From a virus (taxonomy: Duplodnaviria > Heunggongvirae > Uroviricota > Caudoviricetes): a DNA stretch of 5,804 bases. The translations under genes were made by a program, and so were the position numbers. The notes beneath the pieces were generated by a model, which was not told the origin of the DNA, did not search any database, and was given only the letters and a program-made list of their open reading frames with translations. The stretch covers positions 1 through 5,804 of the IMG/VR virus record IMGVR_UViG_2690316296_000004, one strand, 5' to 3'. Below are positions 1 through 4,914 of this stretch, piece by piece. Numbering within the stretch: position 1 is the stretch's first letter; each line of letters opens with the position of its first letter.

Positions 1-217
1 CGAGGGCAGGGCGGGGTATGCCAGGTTTATCCTCGCAGACAATAAATTTATAAGCGCAGTCCTGAGCAGCCGGATAATGTTCCAGGAATTGCCAGTGAAA
101 TTTTGCGCGGGCGCGACATTCATCACCGGCTTCAATGGCAGTGGCTACAGCGACTGCACCTTCTTCCTTTATTGCCTGTTCGTCCGGAATGGCGGCGCAA
201 ATAAAGACTTTACTCAT
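1..217 (-). CDS. Hypothetical prophage protein, partial (N-terminal 72 codons; C-terminus beyond the left edge). Begins MSKVFICAAIPDEQAIKEEGAVAVATAIEAGDECRARAKFHWQFLEHYPAAQDC...
   Basis: Hand-translated minus-strand ORF: ATG at 217-215, in-frame stop just upstream (226-224), open to position 2. SD-like GAGGT 8 nt upstream of the ATG. Lies 92 nt downstream of ydfD on the same strand. Not in the ORF track because it is truncated. Identity not recognised. Confidence 0.5.
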   Translation of the reverse strand, partial: MSKVFICAAIPDEQAIKEEGAVAVATAIEAGDECRARAKFHWQFLEHYPAAQDCAYKFIVCEDKPGIPRPAL

Positions 218-309
218 TTTGTTTTACCTCATTACAGATTTAAGGGTGAACAAATCCCTGCCATTGCTGGCATATAAGAATGAAACCGGATATTTATTAC
301 GGAACTGTT

Positions 310-501
310 TTAAAGACCTGCCGGGATTTCGTTATTATCCTGGTGAATAACTTTATCGACCGGGTAACAGTTACCGGGAATTTTCTGTTCGGTTGCTGCA
401 GTCACACACTCCTGCATTGTCCTGTGAACACTGACTGCAATATCAACTGGCTCTCCGGAAACAAGAAAAACTGTCAGAACAAGTGCAAATGCTGTATTCA
501 T
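310..501 (-). CDS. ydfD: YdfD-like small prophage lysis protein (63 aa, MNTAFALVLTVFLVSGEPVD...EIPAGL), hydrophobic N-terminal segment
   Basis: Internal start of the 81-aa track ORF (310..555). The ATG at 501-499 overlaps the dicB stop (500-498) as ATGA, a translational-coupling arrangement. The 63-aa length and position directly after dicB match Qin ydfD as I recall it. Confidence 0.75.
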   Translation of the reverse strand: MNTAFALVLTVFLVSGEPVDIAVSVHRTMQECVTAATEQKIPGNCYPVDKVIHQDNNEIPAGL

Positions 502-686
502 TGCCAGCATCCTTTTTGTATCGGACGTAAACGGGCCAGCATTGAAAGAATGCATATTTTATTTAATAACTCCCGTTCGTGTTTTCTCTTGTTAATGGCA
601 TCTTCAGTAAATACAGGGTTACTGATAGTGACACCAATTTCAAAACAACCTTCAGACGTATTAACGTTTGGTAATAACGTTTCCAT
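498..686 (-). CDS. dicB: DicB cell-division inhibitor (62 aa, METLLPNVNTSEGCFEIGVTISNPVFTEDAINKRK...)
   Basis: Internal Met of the 97-aa track ORF (498..791). The 62-aa product matches the DicB sequence as I recall it, with a few substitutions. GAGGA SD 7 nt upstream of the ATG at 686-684. Lies 174 nt downstream of DicF on the same strand. Confidence 0.88.
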   Translation of the reverse strand: METLLPNVNTSEGCFEIGVTISNPVFTEDAINKRKHERELLNKICILSMLARLRPIQKGCWQ

Positions 687-855
687 TATCGCGTCCTCAA
701 CAATGAATTTTGTGATGCGATGCCTGGTGCCTCCAGGTGACGTTAACCAGTTAACAATTAACGCCGGATACAGAGAATCCACCCATAACACTGTTTTTGG
801 TTTTAACTGTTCCGCGTGCGCTCAGCCGCATTCACCACATCACAAAATTCACTTT

Positions 856-898
856 AAAAAGGGCGGCAGAGCAGTCACGGAGTAAAACTGATACCGCC
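856..898 (-). terminator. Intrinsic (Rho-independent) terminator forming the 3' end of DicF: GGCGG...CCGCC stem plus U5 tract
   Basis: On the minus-strand RNA, GGCGG pairs with CCGCC around an inner CAGU/ACUG helix and is followed by UUUUU (plus-strand AAAAA at 856-860). Confidence 0.6.
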
Positions 899-913
899 AA
901 ACGTCACCAGAAA
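861..913 (-). ncRNA. dicF: DicF small regulatory RNA (53 nt; Hfq-dependent antisense regulator of ftsZ mRNA)
   Basis: Reverse complement of 861..913 reads TTTCTGGTGACGTTTGGCGGTATCAGTTTTACTCCGTGACTGCTCTGCCGCCC, which matches the mature DicF sequence as I recall it, followed by a U-tract. It sits between ydfC and dicB as in the Qin dicB operon. Confidence 0.85.
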
Positions 914-938
914 ATTGATAACAGAGGGCGTTGCAGCG

Positions 939-975
939 GGGTTGTCACTTAAGCGTATGGTCAACCTGACAACCC
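939..975 (-). other. Potential RNA stem-loop in the dicF precursor leader (9-bp perfect inverted repeat GGGTTGTCA / TGACAACCC, 19-nt loop)
   Basis: Inverted repeat seen directly. It lies 26 nt upstream of the mature DicF 5' end on the transcribed strand, inside the ORF-free ydfC-dicF spacer (914-1254). Confidence 0.35.
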
Positions 976-1254
976 GGTGTCCTCAACGGGGGAAGGAATA
1001 ACCCCGCCATACTTACCGCCGCGCCATTTCGCGGATTGCCACAACCGGAAGCGCACGGTCGACGAAAATTTAACGACAGGCTATCTATGAACCAGCTACC
1101 TCGCCGTGCGCTTTCGCGTTATGGTCTGACTTTTCAGGGAAATATCCTTTCAGTAAACTGTCAATGCCGGATGCTCACCCGTGTCCGGCGCACGCACTCC
1201 ACCTCACCCGTGGAGAACTCCTTAATTACTAACCTTAGCTTTGTTGATTAGCTA

Positions 1255-1473
1255 CTAACGCGGGTATGTAATCATTCTGGCAATGCTTAATGCCGCTGCT
1301 TTTTCCAGATTGGTGATATCCTGCTCCAGAGCGGACAGATTTTCAGCCTGCTTAGCTCTGGCTTCATTGGCCCATTTCAGATCCTGCGCTGCATTAATTT
1401 TCTGGTGCATCCACTCATAAAGTTCATCATCGGTATAGTCTGGCGCGATGATGACGGGTTCTCGTTTCTGCAT
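1255..1473 (-). CDS. ydfC: YdfC-like small prophage protein (72 aa, MQKREPVIIAPDYTDDELYEWMHQKINAAQDLKWANEARAK...)
   Basis: Track ORF 1255..1473. GAGGAA SD 5 nt upstream of the ATG at 1473-1471. Starts 29 nt after ydfB. Symbol assigned from size and operon position (third gene of the dicB operon), not from verified sequence recall. Confidence 0.75.
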   Translation of the reverse strand: MQKREPVIIAPDYTDDELYEWMHQKINAAQDLKWANEARAKQAENLSALEQDITNLEKAAALSIARMITYPR

Positions 1474-1502
1474 ACTGATTCCTCGCGGTGCTGTTTCGCT
1501 TA

Positions 1503-1631
1503 TCAGCCGTTAGATTTTGCCGAACTGGAAAGCGCCTGTTTAAATTCGTTGAAGCTGAGAGCTTCTTCGCCTTCGGCAAGACCTTCGAAGTATTCTTCGT
1601 AAGCCTTTTCCATGATTGTGTCGAAATCCAT
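1503..1631 (-). CDS. ydfB: YdfB-like small acidic protein (42 aa, MDFDTIMEKAYEEYFEGLAEGEEALSFNEFKQALSSSAKSNG)
   Basis: Hand-translated; below the track's size cutoff. ATG at 1631-1629 and stop TGA at 1505-1503. AGGTGA SD 5 nt upstream. Only 1 nt separates it from the ydfA stop. Matches YdfB as I recall it. Confidence 0.8.
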   Translation of the reverse strand: MDFDTIMEKAYEEYFEGLAEGEEALSFNEFKQALSSSAKSNG

Positions 1632-1632
1632 A

Positions 1633-1788
1633 TCACTCACCTGAGTTTCTTTCCAGCCAGCGACGGGCACCATTTTCGGTTTTAAACGTTTTGCTTTTGG
1701 TATACGTCATCGCGGTGAACGTACCGTCCTGGTTGGGAAACACGCCGTACACCAGAGATTCGTTGTTGCCAAGATCGATAGTATCCAT
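1633..1788 (-). CDS. ydfA: YdfA-like small prophage protein (51 aa, MDTIDLGNNESLVYGVFPNQDGTFTAMTYTKSKTFKTENGARRWLERNSGE)
   Basis: Internal Met of the 69-aa track ORF (1633..1842). GAGG SD 5 nt upstream of the ATG at 1788-1786. First gene downstream of the PdicB-like promoter. Matches YdfA as I recall it. Confidence 0.8.
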   Translation of the reverse strand: MDTIDLGNNESLVYGVFPNQDGTFTAMTYTKSKTFKTENGARRWLERNSGE

Positions 1789-1865
1789 GCTGACCTCATT
1801 TCCCCTTAACGCTGGGGTAGCGGAACTGTTTGCTGAGAACACCGTGCGGTGTGTTGATGCAAATA

Positions 1866-1894
1866 AGATTAGCCATGGCTAACATATAGGTCAA
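1866..1894 (-). promoter_or_regulatory. Putative sigma70 promoter of the ydfABC-dicF-dicB operon (PdicB-like) with the operator palindrome TTAGCCATGGCTAA (1869..1882) embedded in the spacer and -10
   Basis: Minus-strand reading: TTGACC (-35; plus 1894-1889), 17-nt spacer, TAATCT (-10; plus 1871-1866). The perfect 14-bp palindrome overlaps the spacer and -10. Predicted start near 1858-1860, giving a roughly 70-nt leader to the ydfA ATG. Confidence 0.5.
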
Positions 1895-1954
1895 GTGATT
1901 TTGTATGTTATGGCTAACATGATTGATGTGGTAAAAGATAACTCATTGATGATG

Positions 1955-2362
1955 TTATCTTTTATTTGTCCGCTGACGGGCTTTTAGTAATTCTTCAAAG
2001 AGTTTATTGAAGTTTTTTACTCGAGCTCGCATTTCGGCGAGCTGGGTATCCTGTTCTGATTCTGGCAGTGCATTAAACAGCTCAAGGAGCTCTAGTTCTT
2101 TGGGGGATAAGGCAACTGGCTTCTCAACAGGTGGTGTTGGTTGCTTGTCTTCATCGCCAAATAGAATCCATGTTGGTGAGCATTGCAATACTTTGCTGAG
2201 GGCAAAAAGGTTCTTCCCTGTAGGTTCACTATCATCCCGTTCCCATTGTGATACAGACACATGGGAGATTTTCAGGGCTTTAGCAAGAGACCTTTGGGTG
2301 TGTTTGAGGTTTTTCCGACGATACCTAATGCGTTCGCCGATAGTTAAATTTTTTGTTTCCAT
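1955..2362 (-). CDS. dicA: DicA, XRE-family HTH repressor (135 aa; P22 C2-like DNA-binding domain without a C-terminal S24 peptidase domain)
   Basis: Track ORF. HTH signature QRSLAKALKISHVSVSQWERD. Matches DicA as I recall it. Divergent from dicC, with palindromic operators in the 83-bp intergenic region. Confidence 0.92.
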   Translation of the reverse strand: METKNLTIGERIRYRRKNLKHTQRSLAKALKISHVSVSQWERDDSEPTGKNLFALSKVLQCSPTWILFGDEDKQPTPPVEKPVALSPKELELLELFNALPESEQDTQLAEMRARVKNFNKLFEELLKARQRTNKR

Positions 2363-2364
2363 AG

Positions 2365-2378
2365 TTAGCTAATGCTAA
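2365..2378. promoter_or_regulatory. Operator-like palindrome TTAGCTAATGCTAA (TTAGC-N4-GCTAA) 2 nt upstream of the dicA start codon
   Basis: Inverted 5-bp half-sites seen directly in the sequence. Same family as the palindromes at 1869..1882 and 2413..2430. Confidence 0.55.
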
Positions 2379-2384
2379 ATCGTA

Positions 2385-2413
2385 TTGACTATGTTTTTGT
2401 TAACATCTATTTT
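2385..2413 (+). promoter_or_regulatory. Putative sigma70 promoter for dicC: TTGACT (-35, 2385-2390), 17-nt spacer, TATTTT (-10, 2408-2413)
   Basis: Consensus-like hexamers at canonical spacing. The 18-bp operator palindrome starts at the last base of the -10 and covers the predicted start site. The dicC SD AAGGTG (2434-2439) lies 6 nt before the ATG at 2446. Confidence 0.55.
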
Positions 2414-2430
2414 GTTAGTCATGACTAACA
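2413..2430. promoter_or_regulatory. Operator: perfect 18-bp palindrome TGTTAGTCATGACTAACA overlapping the start of the dicC transcript
   Basis: Perfect dyad symmetry seen directly. Core TTAGT-CATG-ACTAA resembles the other two operator-like sites. Confidence 0.6.
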
Positions 2431-2445
2431 ATAAAGGTGTTTTAA

Positions 2446-2676
2446 ATGCTTAAAACTGACGCTCTTTTGTATTTCGGTTCAAAAACAAAACTTGCACAAG
2501 CAGCAGGTATTCGTTTGGCTTCGCTTTATAGCTGGAAAGGGGATTTAGTTCCCGAAGGTCGCGCGATGCGTCTACAGGAGGCATCTGGCGGGGAGCTTCA
2601 GTATGATCCCAAAGTTTATGATGAATATCGTAAGACGAAGCGGGCGGGGCGGTTGAACAATGAAAATCACTCCTGA
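2446..2676 (+). CDS. dicC: DicC, Cro-like small regulator (76 aa)
   Basis: Track ORF MLKTDALLYFGSKTKLAQAAGIRLASLYSWKGDLVPEGRAMRLQEASGGELQYDPKVYDEYRKTKRAGRLNNENHS, which matches DicC as I recall it. Divergent from dicA, SD AAGGTG. Confidence 0.9.
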   Translation: MLKTDALLYFGSKTKLAQAAGIRLASLYSWKGDLVPEGRAMRLQEASGGELQYDPKVYDEYRKTKRAGRLNNENHS

Positions 2677-3181
2677 ACAGGCTCGTGAGGCTCTGGATGC
2701 CTGGATATGTCGACCAGGAATGACACAGGAGCAGGCGACGATATTAATCACTGAAGCATTCTGGGCTTTGAAAGAGCGCCCGAACATCGATGTTCAGCGT
2801 GTCACAGATGAAGGTGGCGCGGTTGATCAGCGAGCGCTTGGCGTTAATCGAGTGAAGATATTCGAACGCTGGAAGGCTATCGACACCAGGGATAAGCGTG
2901 AAAAGTTCACGGCGCTAGTGCCTGCGATTATGGAGGCTATCCGGATTAGTGATTTCAGGTTGTATCGTGAGATCAGTGATGGAAAAAGTATTACGTACAT
3001 GATCGCCGGGTTAAATAAAGAATATGGCGATGTGGTGGAATCCGGACTGCTTTTTGCAGATCCTGCCGTTGTAGATCGTGAAACTGACGAACTTATAGAA
3101 AAAGCAATTGCTTTCAAGCTTGCGTATCGACAGCAATACCAACAAAAAGCTGGATGGAATTATGAGTCTTCTTTTTGCTGA
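2660..3181 (+). CDS. Putative CII-like / YdaT-family early regulator (173 aa), first gene after the Cro-like gene
   Basis: Track ORF. ATG at 2660 overlaps the dicC 3' end by 17 nt. G-rich SD (GGGCGGGGCGG) 7 nt upstream. Family assignment rests on position (cro-proximal, before the replication gene) and a vague resemblance to YdaT-type proteins; not verified. Confidence 0.7.
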   Translation: MKITPEQAREALDAWICRPGMTQEQATILITEAFWALKERPNIDVQRVTDEGGAVDQRALGVNRVKIFERWKAIDTRDKREKFTALVPAIMEAIRISDFRLYREISDGKSITYMIAGLNKEYGDVVESGLLFADPAVVDRETDELIEKAIAFKLAYRQQYQQKAGWNYESSFC

Positions 3182-4127
3182 ACGCCCACTGGTTATAAAC
3201 ACGCAGCTGGCAATGAAAATCGGCTTAAACGAAGCCATTGTTTTGCAACAACTGCACTACTGGTTGAGAGATACCAACTCCGGTATGGAATGTGATGGTG
3301 TTCGCTGGATTTATAACACAACGGAACAATGGCTGGAACAGTTCCCATTCTGGTCAGAGTCAACGTTAAAGCGCGCGTTTGCAAGTCTGAAAACGCTGGG
3401 GCTTTTGCGTTGTGAAAAGCTCAATAAATCAAAGCGCGATATGACCAATTTCTACACGATCAACTATGGGAGCGAGCTTTTAGATGGTGGCAAATTGAAC
3501 GAATCCATCGGTTCAAAATGCGCCGCTCCATCAGGTCAAAATGACACGATGGAAGAGGTCAAAATGAAACGCTCCATTGGTTCAAAACGATCCAATGTCA
3601 TCGGGTCAAAATGGCCTGATGATCTTACAGAGAATACAACAGAGATTACTACAGAGAATAAAAACACTTTTCGTCCGGAAGCTTCGCAACCGAACCCGCA
3701 GACGACTGAACAGGATTTTTTAACCCGGAACTCCGACGCGGTTGTGTTTAGTGCGAAAAAACGCCAGTGGGGTAGCAGGGAGGATTTGGCGTGTGCGCAG
3801 TGGATCTGGGGGCGGATCGTGGGTCTCTACGAACAGGCAGCCAGTGATGATGGCGAGATCATGCGACCAAAAGAGCCTAACTGGACTGCCTGGGCCAATG
3901 ACGTGCGCACAATGCGGATGCTGGATGGCAGAAGCCACAGACAAATTTGCGAAATGTTTGGTCGGGTTCAGCGAGATCCATTCTGGGTAAAAAACATCAT
4001 GAGCCCGTCAAAGCTCCGCGAAAAATGGGACGAACTGGTCATCCGCCTGGGACGTTCACCTGTACAGCGTTGTGTTAATCATATTTCTGAACCGGATACA
4101 GAAATTCCGCCTGGTTTCAGAGGATAA
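3162..4127 (+). CDS. Phage replication initiation protein (321 aa from ATG 3162): N-terminal winged-helix replisome-organizer-like domain, central low-complexity linker, C-terminal DnaT-like domain
   Basis: Track ORF 3108..4127 opens with TTG and no SD. I prefer ATG 3162 (MSLLFAERPLVINTQLAMKIGLNEAIV...), which overlaps the upstream gene by 20 nt. N-terminal FWSESTLKRAFASLKTLGLL resembles replisome-organizer HTH proteins. An iteron array lies inside the gene. The C-terminal region resembles DnaT C-terminal-like domains from memory. Confidence 0.82.
   Translation: MSLLFAERPLVINTQLAMKIGLNEAIVLQQLHYWLRDTNSGMECDGVRWIYNTTEQWLEQFPFWSESTLKRAFASLKTLGLLRCEKLNKSKRDMTNFYTINYGSELLDGGKLNESIGSKCAAPSGQNDTMEEVKMKRSIGSKRSNVIGSKWPDDLTENTTEITTENKNTFRPEASQPNPQTTEQDFLTRNSDAVVFSAKKRQWGSREDLACAQWIWGRIVGLYEQAASDDGEIMRPKEPNWTAWANDVRTMRMLDGRSHRQICEMFGRVQRDPFWVKNIMSPSKLREKWDELVIRLGRSPVQRCVNHISEPDTEIPPGFRG
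3505..3613. repeat. Iteron array (probable prophage replication origin): five direct repeats of about 15 bp with core GGT(T)CAAAA(T/C)G at roughly 22-25 bp spacing
   Basis: Repeats at about 3505-3520, 3528-3543, 3556-3566, 3574-3589 and 3599-3613, followed by an A/T-rich stretch with three ACAGAGA(A/T)T repeats (3625-3662). Analogous to ori-lambda lying inside gene O. Confidence 0.6.
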
Positions 4128-4167
4128 GTGTTGATTTCAGGTCATGAGGTAATTTTAAGGGGGACTT

Positions 4168-4623
4168 GTGGCAAAAGTTTTTACACAAGAAGAGCGGGAA
4201 AAAATTAAAGGGCAGGTGGTGGAACTCGTGCGCCAGAGCGGTCGTGAGACGTTACGGCAACTGGAAGCTAAAACAGGTGCGACTAGATATCTGATGAGCG
4301 TTCTTGCCAGAGAGCTGGTAGCCAGTGGCGATGTATACAACTCCGGCTACGGGTTATTCCCGTCTGAACAGGCGCGTAAGGACTGGCAAAACGCCCGCAA
4401 AAAACTCTCGAGGGCAAAGGTGAAGAAACCTGCTGTGGTTGATCCGGACCTTATCTGGTCATTACCTGACGGAGAAATACGTCGCTACGACAGTCGTCTA
4501 AACATAATCTGTCGCGAGTGCCGGAAGAGCGAAGTGATGCAACGCATACTGGCGTTTTATCAGGGAAATGTTCAGCATTTTGAAGTAACGATATTAAAGT
4601 GCATTAGTTCAAATGTGAAATGA
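4168..4623 (+). CDS. Hypothetical prophage protein (151 aa); possible winged-helix N-terminus and a C-terminal CxxC pair (ICRECRK)
   Basis: Track ORF with GTG start at 4168, preceded by a strong SD AGGGGG (4158-4163). Starts 40 nt after the replication gene. Function not recognised. Confidence 0.7.
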   Translation: MAKVFTQEEREKIKGQVVELVRQSGRETLRQLEAKTGATRYLMSVLARELVASGDVYNSGYGLFPSEQARKDWQNARKKLSRAKVKKPAVVDPDLIWSLPDGEIRRYDSRLNIICRECRKSEVMQRILAFYQGNVQHFEVTILKCISSNVK

Positions 4624-4846
4624 CATTTCTGTTGTATAGGATTAGATTAAAACTGGCATTGTTGTCTGCTTTGTACTAGGAGTGACCGTTTACACAGACC
4701 ACGTCCCAGTAGACGCTCTTGACATAATCGTTGAGATGTCCAACTTTCGGAGCTCACCTCATGCCCCAGATGTTTTTTGTTTTCAGGAGAAAACTATATC
4801 GCAGAACTACGAACTAAACTTATGTCATAACTCATGCAAAAAACTC

Positions 4847-4876
4847 TTCGGCTAAACATTAAAAAAATCTTATAAT
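4847..4876 (+). promoter_or_regulatory. Putative promoter of the AT-rich accessory operon: perfect -10 TATAAT (4871-4876) with a weak -35 (TTCGGC-like) and an upstream A-tract
   Basis: Perfect TATAAT 39 nt upstream of the ATG at 4915, with A7 directly upstream (4861-4867). No convincing -35, so the assignment is tentative. Confidence 0.3.
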
Positions 4877-4914
4877 GCGAATCATATTTTGTTACATGTT
4901 CAGGAGCGCAAAGG

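Noticed and set aside
77-350. Plus-strand ORFs 77..277 (66 aa) and 135..350 (71 aa)
   Set aside because: Antisense to the well-supported minus-strand gene at 1..217 and to the ydfD 3' end. No ribosome-binding sites.
310-555. Longer 81-aa version of ydfD starting at ATG 555-553
   Set aside because: It would overlap dicB by 58 nt. The internal ATG at 501-499 forms an ATGA overlap with the dicB stop and gives the expected 63-aa product.
498-791. Longer 97-aa version of dicB starting at 791
   Set aside because: The internal Met at 686 has a GAGGA SD and gives the 62-aa DicB. The N-terminal extension has no SD.
280-885. 201-aa plus-strand ORF spanning the ydfD/dicB/DicF region
   Set aside because: Antisense to three features identified on the minus strand (ydfD, dicB, DicF). 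No SD, and Cys/Asn/His-rich low-complexity translation typical of a spurious antisense frame.
1036-1251. 71-aa plus-strand ORF in the ydfC-dicF spacer
   Set aside because: Opposite strand to the operon transcript, no SD, Arg-rich low-complexity translation. The region is better explained as the DicF precursor leader.
1405-1882. Plus-strand ORFs (1405..1602, 1488..1685, 1616..1882) and minus-strand ORFs 1427..1636 and 1633..1842 (69-aa long form)
   Set aside because: They are antisense to, or alternative frames and extensions of, the ydfA/ydfB/ydfC genes, whose shorter forms have SDs and K-12-like products.
2007-2372. 121-aa plus-strand ORF
   Set aside because: Entirely antisense to dicA.
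3108-3161. TTG start at 3108 for the replication gene, as given in the ORF track
   Set aside because: No SD and a 74-nt overlap with the upstream gene. ATG 3162 gives a sensible N-terminus and a 20-nt overlap. The true start remains somewhat uncertain.
2572-3384. Minus-strand ORFs 2572..2787, 2827..3117, 3011..3238 and 3193..3384
   Set aside because: Antisense to the dicC, CII-like and replication genes, which form a tightly overlapping plus-strand operon. No SDs.
3720-3990. ORFs 3720..3944 (minus, 74 aa) and 3742..3990 (plus, 82 aa)
   Set aside because: Alternative frames inside the G+C-rich C-terminal part of the replication gene; a high-GC frame artefact.
4155-4340. 61-aa minus-strand ORF
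   Set aside because: Antisense to the 151-aa gene and no SD.
4719-4747. TTGACA hexamer at 4719-4724 as an alternative promoter -35
   Set aside because: No acceptable -10 at 16-18 nt spacing (AACTTT). The TATAAT at 4871-4876 is a better promoter candidate.
4761-4817. 18-codon plus-strand mini-ORF (MPQMFFVFRRKLYRRTTN) with GGAG 8 nt upstream, in the intergenic region before the moron
   Set aside because: Very short, rich in rare Arg codons, no supporting conservation visible. More likely chance; the T-rich run could equally be a regulatory element.
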